A stretch of DNA of 61,916 bases, counting the filler, from Anaerolineae bacterium (GTDB taxonomy: Bacteria; Chloroflexota; Anaerolineae; Epilineales; Epilineaceae), in NCBI GenBank assembly GCA_029262755.1. It is 4 parts of 4 records of this genome, joined end to end, with 100 filler letters (N's around TTAATTAATTAA, not from the genome) between each part and the next. Parts side by side here need not be neighbours in the genome. Positions count along the whole stretch, not along the records: positions 1 to 30,079 come from JAJCYU010000016.1; 3 more parts are not named here. The stretch is one strand, 5' to 3'. The position numbers and the translations under genes were made by a program. How positions within the stretch are numbered: the stretch's first letter is position 1; every line of letters begins with the position of its first letter. Under the pieces are notes generated by a model. That model ran no database searches, had not been told where the DNA came from, and saw only the letters and a program-made list of their open reading frames with translations. Shown here in pieces: positions 11,195-23,374 of this stretch.

Positions 11195-12367
11195 CTAGGA
11201 GATACCGGGGGGCGAGGCCGTCTCGTCGGAATTCGCTTCCATGACGGTCTCCGTCACACCGTCCGCCTCGGGCGTCGACTCCGTCTCCGCGTGCAGGCCA
11301 TTCTGTGCGGTCGGGTTCGAGTCCTGCGGACGTGTATCGGCCGTAGAAGCGTTGTGGGTGACCGCTACGTCCTCGGTGCTCGCGCCTGGACGGTCCCCGT
11401 CGAAACCGTCTTCGCGGGGCGTATCGACGTAGTGATCGGAATCCTCTGCCGCCCCCGGCCCGTCCGCGCCTTCGTTCCCGTTGCTGTGGTCGGCACCGAC
11501 GGTCTCAGGCTCGGAGCCTGCACTGCCAGGCTCGGCGCTCGAGAGGTTGAGCGTGGATCGACGTCCAAGCCGCGGTCCGTCCTCGAAGCTCGGCACGCCC
11601 TCATCGGCGCAGCGCGCCACAAGCTCGTTGTGGGCGTTGAGATCCAGAGTGCGCAGCGTTCGACCGTCTTCGCTCGGCCGATGGTTCTCGATGAGGATGC
11701 TCTGTTCTTTGAATGACGAGAGCATCTCGGTCACGCGCTCTTCGGTCATGCCAAGGCCATGGTGCGGGGACAGCGCGTGCGAGCGAATGAAGCCGAAGGT
11801 CATGTACGGCCGATGATGGTCGAGCCAAAGGACCAATCGCAGGAGCCGCTCGAGCTCCTCGCTCGGATCGTCGCTCTGCGCCGAGAGAGGCTCTAGATCG
11901 TCGCCCACTGGATCGTAGATGTCGGCGCTTTCGATCAGGTCGCTCGATACGCTGCCCGGAACACCGGCGATCACGACCTGCTTGCCGAATCGGTGCCGAG
12001 CGCGGGCCGTGACGCGAATGAAATCCGAATCGCCCGTCATGAGCACAAGGGTGTTGAGCGACGGACGATCGAGCAGGCAATCGATCATGTCCATGAGCAT
12101 GGCCATGTCGGCGCTGGACTTGTGCGGCACGTCGGGGCTTCGACGCGGCACATCGCGCGGGGAGATGCCGGCAACTTCTAATTTGCGCCGATACAAGGCG
12201 GGATGCTGGGTGAAATCGGCGTAGGCATAGGCCACCGCCACAGGCCCATACTTGCGGGCTTTTTCCATGAGCGCTTGCGGGTCGGGCTCATGCCCATAGT
12301 TGTTGAGCAACCCGTAGCGAATGTTTTCGAAATCAATGAAGAGGCCAACTTCCAATTGTGAGGCCAT
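11195..12367 (-). CDS. NYN (LabA/DUF88 PIN-fold) domain protein with acidic disordered tail
   Basis: FIDFENI, KSSADM, LMTGDSDF and GKQV motifs. GAGGAG RBS. Confidence 0.9.
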   Translation of the reverse strand: MASQLEVGLFIDFENIRYGLLNNYGHEPDPQALMEKARKYGPVAVAYAYADFTQHPALYRRKLEVAGISPRDVPRRSPDVPHKSSADMAMLMDMIDCLLDRPSLNTLVLMTGDSDFIRVTARARHRFGKQVVIAGVPGSVSSDLIESADIYDPVGDDLEPLSAQSDDPSEELERLLRLVLWLDHHRPYMTFGFIRSHALSPHHGLGMTEERVTEMLSSFKEQSILIENHRPSEDGRTLRTLDLNAHNELVARCADEGVPSFEDGPRLGRRSTLNLSSAEPGSAGSEPETVGADHSNGNEGADGPGAAEDSDHYVDTPREDGFDGDRPGASTEDVAVTHNASTADTRPQDSNPTAQNGLHAETESTPEADGVTETVMEANSDETASPPGIS

Positions 12368-12462
12368 GGGGCGTCACTCCTCGTCGGCGCCCTTGCGAAT
12401 CCAAACATCAAAGCCTGCGTCGCGTCGGCGCCTCACGCGACGAACGGCCAAAAACGAACCTT

Positions 12463-13857
12463 CTACACCGTGTGCAACGCAATGACGTCCGATGTGGCGA
12501 CAGCGGGCGCGTCCAGGCTCCGGCCGATCATCGACCAGGGCCCTGCCCACGTGATCTCCACCGGACACGTACGGCCGAGCAGGGGCCGCGGATCCTCGAA
12601 AAACACGAGCTTGTTGGTGCGCGTACGGGCGCGCCATCGCCCCTTTTGTTCGCCCTCGACCAATACATCCTGGCGTGAGCCGACCAGGCGCGTGTTGATT
12701 GCGCTACAGATCGACTCCTGCAATTCGTCGATGACGAGACGGCGTCGTTCCTTCTCCGTCTCTGGGACGTCGTCGAGCATCATCTTGGCCGCAACGGTCC
12801 CGGGCCGTGTGGAGAAGCGTGCAATATGCGACTTATCGAGCTGCAGCTCCGCGAGCAGATCGTAGGTGCCCTGGAACTGCGCCTCCGTCTCGCCACAGAA
12901 GCCCACGATGATGTCGGTGTGGATCGCGACGTCTGGAATCCGGCTCCGGATCCGTCCGACGAGCGTTCGATACTCGTCGACCGTGTAGCCGCGCTTCATG
13001 CGTCGTAGCACGTCGTCGTCGCCGGCCTGGAACGGCACCTCGATGTGCTCCATGACCTTGGGCAGCTCGGCAACGGTGTCGAGCAGTTCGTCGGTCATGA
13101 AATTCGGGTGGCTGGTCAGGAATCGAATGCGGGACAGGCCATCAACGCCGTTCAGACGACGGAGCAATCGCGGCAACCCGTCACGTTCGCCGTTGTCATA
13201 GCCGTAGCGATCGACAATCTGGCCGAGGAGCGTCACTTCCCGCACGCCTTGCTCGACGAGGCTGCGCACGTGAGCCACGATCTCGTCGGCGGGACGGCTG
13301 CGTTCCGGGCCGCGGCGCGAGGGGATGATGCAGAAGGTGCACACCCAACTGCATCCGAAGATCACGGGCACATGGGCGCTCACCAACCGGCCCCGTTCGT
13401 GCGTAGGCAACAAGATGCTGCCTGCCGGCGCATCTACAGTTGCATCCTGCGCTTGCCAGCGCTGGGCGACTACGTGCTGTTCGGCGTCCCGCGCCGCATC
13501 GTCCAACGCACGCGACTCGAGGAGATCGGTCAACGTCGCGCCACCGGAAGGAGGAATGAACACGTCCACGTCCGGAAAGCGTTTGCGCAGGGATGTCGGG
13601 ACTTTGTGGCCAACGAGGCAACCCATGAGCCCAATGACCATGCCGGGTCGCTGCGCCTTGACGGTGCCGAGCGAACCGAGACGACCGTAGACCTTTTCCT
13701 CCGCCTGCTGTCGCACCACGCACGTGTTGAGCACGACAACATCGGCGTCCTCGGCACGTTCCGTCCAGACGTAGCCGCGGCGCTCCAACTCGCTACCAAG
13801 CCGCTGACTATCGGCGCTGTTCATCTGACAGCCAATGGTCCAAATGTGGTACTTCAT
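12463..13857 (-). CDS. miaB: tRNA 2-methylthio-i6A methylthiotransferase MiaB
   Basis: TIGCQMN..DS, NTCVVR, radical-SAM CSWVCTFC, TDIIVGF and a TRAM domain. TGcTATGAT extended -10 near 13909-13917. Confidence 0.95.
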   Translation of the reverse strand: MKYHIWTIGCQMNSADSQRLGSELERRGYVWTERAEDADVVVLNTCVVRQQAEEKVYGRLGSLGTVKAQRPGMVIGLMGCLVGHKVPTSLRKRFPDVDVFIPPSGGATLTDLLESRALDDAARDAEQHVVAQRWQAQDATVDAPAGSILLPTHERGRLVSAHVPVIFGCSWVCTFCIIPSRRGPERSRPADEIVAHVRSLVEQGVREVTLLGQIVDRYGYDNGERDGLPRLLRRLNGVDGLSRIRFLTSHPNFMTDELLDTVAELPKVMEHIEVPFQAGDDDVLRRMKRGYTVDEYRTLVGRIRSRIPDVAIHTDIIVGFCGETEAQFQGTYDLLAELQLDKSHIARFSTRPGTVAAKMMLDDVPETEKERRRLVIDELQESICSAINTRLVGSRQDVLVEGEQKGRWRARTRTNKLVFFEDPRPLLGRTCPVEITWAGPWSMIGRSLDAPAVATSDVIALHTV

Positions 13858-13960
13858 CAAGAATCCCCAGAGATTCCGAAGGGTGGATTCGCCGCTCGGC
13901 GACGGCCAATCATAGCACTGCGTTGGGCGCGGGCGCGCCACCATGCGTCTCGTTCACGCC

Positions 13961-14344
13961 TTACATCTGCGCGATCACGCCTTCCAGGTCCCAATAGCCT
14001 TCGAGCGCGGATATCCGGCCTGCTTCATCGACATGAACCACGTTGATCCCCTCGAAACGAATGTCCTTGCCCGTGGCGCTATGGCCCTCCGCCTTCCAGC
14101 TGACGGCCGCACGGTTACCGCGCACGTGGACCACCGTGGGCTCAAGATGCAAGCGCGACCAGGCACGGGTGAGGCCCTTGTGAAATTTTGCGATGCCTTC
14201 TCGTCCCTGCATCACGGGACCACCGATCGGGTCCTCGAAACGAGCGTCCTCGCTGAATAGTTCGACGAAACCCGGGCCGTTGTCAGGCTCGGCGTCCAAG
14301 GCTTCGAAGTAGGCTGCGACGGCCTGGCTTACGCGGTCGGTCAT
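13961..14344 (-). CDS. NTF2/SnoaL-like (ketosteroid isomerase-like) protein
   Basis: LFSEDARFEDPIG..GREGI and DEAGRI..YWD. Confidence 0.85.
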   Translation of the reverse strand: MTDRVSQAVAAYFEALDAEPDNGPGFVELFSEDARFEDPIGGPVMQGREGIAKFHKGLTRAWSRLHLEPTVVHVRGNRAAVSWKAEGHSATGKDIRFEGINVVHVDEAGRISALEGYWDLEGVIAQM

Positions 14345-14377
14345 GCGGTTCGCTCCTGGGGGCCAAGAAGGCCGAGT

Positions 14378-15178
14378 TTATGGGACGCTCGCGGGACCAA
14401 GTCCCAGGACCGCCTCCGGATACGGCGCCAGTATATCGGCCTCGGGCGGCGCCATCAACGAGACGGCGCGCGCCACCCGTGCGAAAACGTTCCACCCGAC
14501 GCCGGCACGCGTCACCCTCCGTTGCACCGTAAGGACAATCTCAATCTGGATATGGTCATCGGCTGCGAGGGAAAAGGGGATGCTGATTGGTTCCACATGG
14601 CCATGAAGCGCGCGCTCGCCGATTGGCTCGGATTCCGGCGTGCGGTCGATCAAACCGGGCTCGGCCTCATCCAAGGCCACGAAGACCCGGTCGTAGCGAC
14701 CGGCTGGTAGACGGCCGGTCGCGGCGAGAACGGGCGTACCGTCGCTTCGGATGGCGAGCCAACCGCGGTCCGGTACAGAGAGGGCGCGCCAGCCGAAGTC
14801 ACGCACGGGGCCGCGTCCCGCACCCGCGCAATCCAGCGGGCGCACGCGAAGCTCTTTGAAGGGCTGAGGGCTCTGTGTATCCAGCGACCACCACAACGTG
14901 ACACGGCCGTATTCGCCCGACGTGTCCGTGGCATCCGGATCAGGATCGGGTGTCGGCGTTGCACGGTCGAAGGCCACGTAGCAGCCCTCGTAGCGCGGCG
15001 CGCCAAGGCGTGTAGGGACGGCGGCGCCGGTGCCTTGAGGTTCGCCCCGGGGGCTCCGCGGCGAGCAGGCGGCGCACAGGGCGATCACAACGGCCACGGC
15101 GGAGAGCGGCCGCATACGCAGCAGCCGGCAACGGCTCCCCAGCGTGTACCGGGGAACCGTTGCCGGCTGCTGCGTCAT
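14378..15178 (-). CDS. Putative lipoprotein, DUF4382-like
   Basis: Lipobox-like CAAC after a hydrophobic stretch and an LPAGRYDRV motif. The start may be near 15115. Confidence 0.5.
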   Translation of the reverse strand: MTQQPATVPRYTLGSRCRLLRMRPLSAVAVVIALCAACSPRSPRGEPQGTGAAVPTRLGAPRYEGCYVAFDRATPTPDPDPDATDTSGEYGRVTLWWSLDTQSPQPFKELRVRPLDCAGAGRGPVRDFGWRALSVPDRGWLAIRSDGTPVLAATGRLPAGRYDRVFVALDEAEPGLIDRTPESEPIGERALHGHVEPISIPFSLAADDHIQIEIVLTVQRRVTRAGVGWNVFARVARAVSLMAPPEADILAPYPEAVLGLGPASVP

Positions 15179-15214
15179 CGTTGCGTAGAGGGCCGCCGAA
15201 GCCGTTGCTCGCGC

Positions 15215-15724
15215 CTAGCCTTCCGTCTCCGGCATCACGAGCTCGCGCCCCAGCTCGTCGCGCCATCCGCCCAGGCCTTCTTCCAGGACCTTCACGTACG
15301 GATATCCGTTCGCGTAGAGTTCTTGGGCCGCCTGGCCGGCTTCGTGATGCGGGCACTCGCAGTAGGTTACGACCCACTTGTCGCGCGGCACGTCGTTCAA
15401 GCGCGTGCCCACGTCGAAGTAGGGTACGCTGATCGCGCCGTCGATATGGCCGAACTCGAAGTCCAGTTCCGGACGGGCATCCAGAAACACCACCTCCATG
15501 CCTTCGTCCATCGCACCGGCCACGTCGTGCACGGAGATAAAGAAGTCTTCCAGCGCGGGTTCGTCCCCCGTCATCGGTGAAAAGGCGGCCGCATAGGCCT
15601 CCGGAACGGTTGGTGCAGCGTCGCCCGTGGTTTCCGTCGTGGGGCTGCACGCAGCCGTGGAGAAGGACACGGCAGCCAGGAGCGCGGCTCCCAGCAAGCG
15701 GTGGAAGCTGGTCGAGATCGTCAT
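15215..15724 (-). CDS. Rhodanese-domain lipoprotein
   Basis: TAAC lipobox, LDARPELDFEFGHIDGAISVP, YCEC active loop and LEEGLGGW. Confidence 0.85.
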   Translation of the reverse strand: MTISTSFHRLLGAALLAAVSFSTAACSPTTETTGDAAPTVPEAYAAAFSPMTGDEPALEDFFISVHDVAGAMDEGMEVVFLDARPELDFEFGHIDGAISVPYFDVGTRLNDVPRDKWVVTYCECPHHEAGQAAQELYANGYPYVKVLEEGLGGWRDELGRELVMPETEG

Positions 15725-15953
15725 GGTTCTCTCCGGGTGCGCGGTTCGCGCGAGCACGATTCCAGGAATCAAGGAGCGTCTAACGAGGTGCTTCGAAGGC
15801 AGGGGGTTTGTAGATCCCCGATGCGGACGGAAGCGCGCGCGATGATACGCGTGATGGATGAGCGCGGGCTAAGCTACGTCGACCGTGCGTCCCTGCCTTC
15901 GATCGAAGCCGAACACGCTGCGTGCCATCCATCGGTCCCGTCCGCTGGACGAT

Positions 15954-17183
15954 CTATTGGCCCGCGCCAATTCCTCGACGCGGCATTTGGTACGTGTAGT
16001 CGAGCACGACGTGATTGCCGCCTGGCACGGACGGGCGGATGCCGACGAAGTACGGATCGCCGCGCCCATCCTGCCACAGCGGTCCCCAGAATCGTGGCCC
16101 CCAAGGCGAGCCGAGAGACGTGCGTGCCGTTCGCAAGAGCGCGACGTGATCGGGCGCGCTGAAAAGCACCTCGACGGGAGCCGCCCCGTAGTCGGCGTCG
16201 AAGGCCTCTGAGAGCGGCACGTCGAGCGGCCATGAAGCGATCGGCGCATCGTCCGGGATCTGGCCGCGGGCCCGCGTGCCGAACCCGACCGCGGAGTCGG
16301 GCGTGTAGGGTTGCTGCAGATCACTCCACCAGCCGAGCAGCGAACGGGTCGCGGTGATCTCTTCGCTGCTGAATTCGGCGAAGACCCCCTGCTTCCAGAA
16401 CTGAACGAGCGTCAGCACCTGCTGCAGCTCGAGCAATTGCTGCGCGTTCGGCCCCGACGGCGATATCAGATCGCATTGGCTGAACACGAAGCGACCCTCG
16501 CGCTGGTCGCTCTTGACGTAGATGACGCCCACTGCAGCCACTTGATCACTGTCTTCGCAGCGGGGCGCTTGGCCATCGGAAGGCGTCTCGAAGTGGGTCT
16601 CCGGTTCGCCCTGCGCCGCAGCCATCTCGAGAACCCCGATCTCGTCGACGAAGCGCTGGAGAAAGCCCTCGGCATCGGCGGGCGTGATCGCGGTCTGATA
16701 CCACCCGTCTTCGCTCTCACCGCCCGGTGCGGCGAAGTATCCGCGGCCGTTCGCGAGGAGCGAGAAGTGCGGCACCATCTGGGCCGCGATCGCAGGCTCC
16801 CATGGGCTCGGCTCGATCCGCGCCAACTGCACGATTGCGGCCTCACCGTCGGCAGGCAGGCGGGCCGGGCCGAAAGAAGCGACCGCGTCGTCGCCCTCCG
16901 AGGCGCCCTCATCGCCCGCGTCGTCCCCATCGCTCGCCGTATCATCCCCGTCATCACGGGACTCCACGTCCCCGTCCAGCGCCCCGTCAGGCTCTTCGGT
17001 CGCATCGATGAGCGCGGAAACGGGCGCTGCCGGCAACGTGGCATAGGTGGGCGGCGCGTCTTCGTCCGCATCCCCGCCGCAGGCTGTCAAGCTCGCGAAC
17101 AACAAGGGGACGGCGAGCGCGACCAAGAGACGGCGGTGCGCGTCGTGCGAATGGGCGCGGGCACGAGCGAGCAGGTGGTACAT
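15954..17183 (-). CDS. Hypothetical lipoprotein
   Basis: AAGGAG RBS before ATG 17183, LTAC lipobox and an acidic linker. Confidence 0.7.
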   Translation of the reverse strand: MYHLLARARAHSHDAHRRLLVALAVPLLFASLTACGGDADEDAPPTYATLPAAPVSALIDATEEPDGALDGDVESRDDGDDTASDGDDAGDEGASEGDDAVASFGPARLPADGEAAIVQLARIEPSPWEPAIAAQMVPHFSLLANGRGYFAAPGGESEDGWYQTAITPADAEGFLQRFVDEIGVLEMAAAQGEPETHFETPSDGQAPRCEDSDQVAAVGVIYVKSDQREGRFVFSQCDLISPSGPNAQQLLELQQVLTLVQFWKQGVFAEFSSEEITATRSLLGWWSDLQQPYTPDSAVGFGTRARGQIPDDAPIASWPLDVPLSEAFDADYGAAPVEVLFSAPDHVALLRTARTSLGSPWGPRFWGPLWQDGRGDPYFVGIRPSVPGGNHVVLDYTYQMPRRGIGAGQ

Positions 17184-17303
17184 GTCGAGCTCCTTGCGGG
17201 CGACGTGCCGGTCCTTACGCAGCGGCGCGTCTTCGGGACCATAAGAGTGTGCCACGGACAACGATCGGCTCGCCAGCGTCGGCGAATCCTCTACCTCTAC
17301 GCC

Positions 17304-20327
<3,024 letters not shown>

Positions 20328-20422
20328 GGCGGGACTCCACGTACGGGGGATGACGAGGTCGCGCCTGGCATTCGCCCTGCACGACGTGGAACCCGAAACA
20401 ATAGCACCCACCTCGCGCAACG

Positions 20423-20436
20423 GGAACACACGTTCG
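20423..20436. promoter_or_regulatory. LexA (SOS) box, Gram-positive/Chloroflexota type, upstream of uvrA
   Basis: gGAAC-acac-GTTCg about 100 nt upstream of the uvrA start, next to a TGcTATTGT -10-like element on the minus strand. Confidence 0.75.
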
Positions 20437-20520
20437 ACTTTCCCCGCGGACCGGATGGCGCTGCCGCGCCGGCGTGCATGGAGGCTACCGAGGGACGCCG
20501 TACCGCGCGGCCGGCCGTTG

Positions 20521-20919
20521 CTACGTCATGCTCTGGTAGATCCACCAGCGATAGCCATCGGGATCCTCCACGAGGAAACGTCTGCCGCCGGGGCCGTCTG
20601 CCGGCGGCGACGGATCCAGGCCGCGTGCAACCAGTGCATCGTGATAGGCATCGACGCCATTGACCTCAATCTCTAGGTCGATGCCGACGCCGCGACGCCC
20701 GTTGCGGCGATCGTCCGCCTCTTCCACCAGGAGCAAGCGCATCGATCCGGCCTCGAGCATGTGCGCCACGCTCGGGCCTGATTCGTGGCGACCATCGGAT
20801 GCTACGAACTGCTCCGTGCCTGCGTCGGAAAATCGCAAGCCGCGACGATAGAATGCCCGCGACCTGGCAAGGTCACGAACCTCCAACCGCACGAACCGCA
20901 GTCCCTGAATCACGTCCAC
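20521..20919 (-). CDS. VOC/glyoxalase family protein
   Basis: [14 protein letters not shown] and [14 protein letters not shown]. Confidence 0.85.
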   Translation of the reverse strand: MDVIQGLRFVRLEVRDLARSRAFYRRGLRFSDAGTEQFVASDGRHESGPSVAHMLEAGSMRLLLVEEADDRRNGRRGVGIDLEIEVNGVDAYHDALVARGLDPSPPADGPGGRRFLVEDPDGYRWWIYQSMT

Positions 20920-20986
20920 TCCCCCCTGCGACGCCCTGCATCATGCACCGATATCAACCCTGCGCCGGGGTCGACACGGTTGGATC

Positions 20987-23347
20987 TCAACCGCCGCTCG
21001 CCTGCACCGCGCGAATCGCGCGGCTGGCTCCCAACGTCGGCGAATGCGCGCCGTTGCCGCCGCCGGCACCACCGCAGGACGGTGGCGCAACCGGTATGGA
21101 ACGCCCCCTCCACCAGCCGCGCACGGAGGCCGCTACGACCGCGTGCCGCGGCGCGAGCAACGCCATGCGACCGTTGTTTGGGCCATCCACCCTCGATCCA
21201 CAGTCCCCAATTCCGTTGAAGTACCCGAACGCCAACGCTTCGTCGCGCGTCGGACCGCCCGCAGCGAAGGACTCGCCTCGCGGTTGACAGCGACGCTCAC
21301 GCAGCAGGATGTTCAGGTCGCATACGTTGGCGCGCGTGATGCCCGACGGCACCGGAAATCCGGGTCGCGGCGGCGTTCCGTCGCCGAGCATCGACATGAG
21401 GGCCGGGTCACTGAACACGGCCTCGACCGTATCGCGCCAGATGGGTGCTGCTCCCGTGATGCCCAAGACGTTGCGCATCGGCCGACCATCCTTGTTGCCC
21501 GTCCACACGCCTACCGCCAACCACGGCGTCCAGCCTACCGTCAGGTTGTCTCGAAAGTCATTCGTGGTACCGGTTTTCACCGCCATCGGCATTGACGCAT
21601 CGAGCGGATTGTTCGCGCCGAATGCCGGCACGCGGGCCGCATCGTCATCCAAGATATCGGAAACGAGCCAGGCGGTCTGCTTGGACACGACACGACGCCC
21701 TTCCGCCTTGTTTCGATACAGGGTCGCGCCGCCGACGGTTTCCTTCACCGAAAGGATCGTCGTCGGTTCGACGAAAACGCCCCCGTTTCCAAAGGCGCCA
21801 AGGGCACCCGTCAGGCGGGTGAGTCCCACTTCTGCGCCGCCCAACGCCAGGCTAAGCCCGTATTGCCATGGATCATCGCCCATATTGAGACCCATGTTTT
21901 GCGCCAGAGCGTGGATCGGCTCTACGCCGACCTCAACCGCCACCGCCACCGCAGCGGCATTCAATGAGTTCGCGAGCCCATCGCGCAGCCGTACGGGGCC
22001 CCGGAAGCGGCCATCGTAATTGGCGGCCTGGTAGTCCGTTCCGTCGCCGTTAGGAAAATCGACGGGCGCATCCCAGACCAACGTGGCGGGTTGCCAACCG
22101 CGCTCAAGAGCGGCTGCATACACGATGGGCTTGAACGCCGATCCGGGCTGACGAGGGAACACGGCCGCGTTGACCTGCCCGTCACGCGGATCGTCGTAGG
22201 CAATTCCACCCACCATCGCCAGCACTTCGCCGTAGTCGGGTCGCAGAACCACCACGGCGGCATCCCCAATGTCGTGCTTGGCACGCAGAGACTCCACGTG
22301 CGTGCGCGCGATGTCGCGCACGCGTTCTTCCAGCTTGGGATCGAGCGTTGTTTGGACCGTGTAGCCGCCCGTGGCCGCGACGGCTGCACCGAGGCGTCGC
22401 GGCAATTCTCCAAGCACCGCGTCGATGAAATGGCTGCTTACACGCGTCGGCGGAGGAGGCGGCGGCACGAGTGCCAGCTCCATCGCAAAGGCCGAATCGG
22501 CCTCTTGTTCGGAGATGGAGCCCGCGCTGGCCATGCTCTGCAACACGACCGCTTGACGCGCGCGCGCGCCGCTTAGGTTGAGGTCCGGCGACAGGAATCC
22601 CGGCGCTTGCAGCAACCCGACCAGGAAGCTGCCTTCCGCAAGGCTGAGTGCCGCGGCGCCCTTGCCGAAGAAACGCTGGGACGCTGCTTCGATCCCATAC
22701 GCTTGCCGGCCGTAGAAGGCGACGTTTAAGTAGGCTTCGAGGATCTCGTCCTTGCCCATCGTCTCGTCGAGCTCCGCCGCAAGATGGACTTCCCGTACTT
22801 TGCGGTCCATCGATTGCGCGAACCGCTCCTCCGGTGGGAACGCGACGAGGCGAACCAACTGCATCGTGATTGTCGACGCGCCGGACACGGTGCCGCCTGC
22901 CCTGGCGTTCTGGATCACCGCACGTGCAACCGCCCTCTTGTCGACGCCGGTATTGGCGTAAAAGGTCCGGTCTTCCGTGGCGATCGCGGCATCACGGACA
23001 ACGGAAGGGATCGAGTCAAGCTCCGCCCAACTGCGATAGCCTTCATCGACGATCTCCGTGAGGAGCTCGCCATTGCGATCGAGGATGCGAATAGTCTGGG
23101 AGAACGAGCGCGTTCGAATGGCATTCAGGCGCTCGCGGTACACTTCGAGCGGCACGACGTCTCCCTCTACGGGAGTGCACGCCGACGTCGCAGGTGCGAG
23201 CAGCAGGGCCACGACAAACGCCACCAACGGCCCGCGCACGCCGATCATGGCGCGCCGAGCCGGGAAGCAACTCGTTCGCTGTCCCTCGCCGAGACTGTCC
23301 ATCACCCGATCCCGAGCACCGAGCCGCTGCGTACGGCCCGTATTCAT
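20987..23347 (-). CDS. Bifunctional penicillin-binding protein (transglycosylase/transpeptidase)
   Basis: EDRTFY, GASTITMQL, RKVRE, SAFK, SLN and KTG motifs. Alternative start at 23248. Confidence 0.92.
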   Translation of the reverse strand: MNTGRTQRLGARDRVMDSLGEGQRTSCFPARRAMIGVRGPLVAFVVALLLAPATSACTPVEGDVVPLEVYRERLNAIRTRSFSQTIRILDRNGELLTEIVDEGYRSWAELDSIPSVVRDAAIATEDRTFYANTGVDKRAVARAVIQNARAGGTVSGASTITMQLVRLVAFPPEERFAQSMDRKVREVHLAAELDETMGKDEILEAYLNVAFYGRQAYGIEAASQRFFGKGAAALSLAEGSFLVGLLQAPGFLSPDLNLSGARARQAVVLQSMASAGSISEQEADSAFAMELALVPPPPPPTRVSSHFIDAVLGELPRRLGAAVAATGGYTVQTTLDPKLEERVRDIARTHVESLRAKHDIGDAAVVVLRPDYGEVLAMVGGIAYDDPRDGQVNAAVFPRQPGSAFKPIVYAAALERGWQPATLVWDAPVDFPNGDGTDYQAANYDGRFRGPVRLRDGLANSLNAAAVAVAVEVGVEPIHALAQNMGLNMGDDPWQYGLSLALGGAEVGLTRLTGALGAFGNGGVFVEPTTILSVKETVGGATLYRNKAEGRRVVSKQTAWLVSDILDDDAARVPAFGANNPLDASMPMAVKTGTTNDFRDNLTVGWTPWLAVGVWTGNKDGRPMRNVLGITGAAPIWRDTVEAVFSDPALMSMLGDGTPPRPGFPVPSGITRANVCDLNILLRERRCQPRGESFAAGGPTRDEALAFGYFNGIGDCGSRVDGPNNGRMALLAPRHAVVAASVRGWWRGRSIPVAPPSCGGAGGGNGAHSPTLGASRAIRAVQASGG

Positions 23348-23374
23348 GGGACCAGTGTACCACTTAACGAGACG

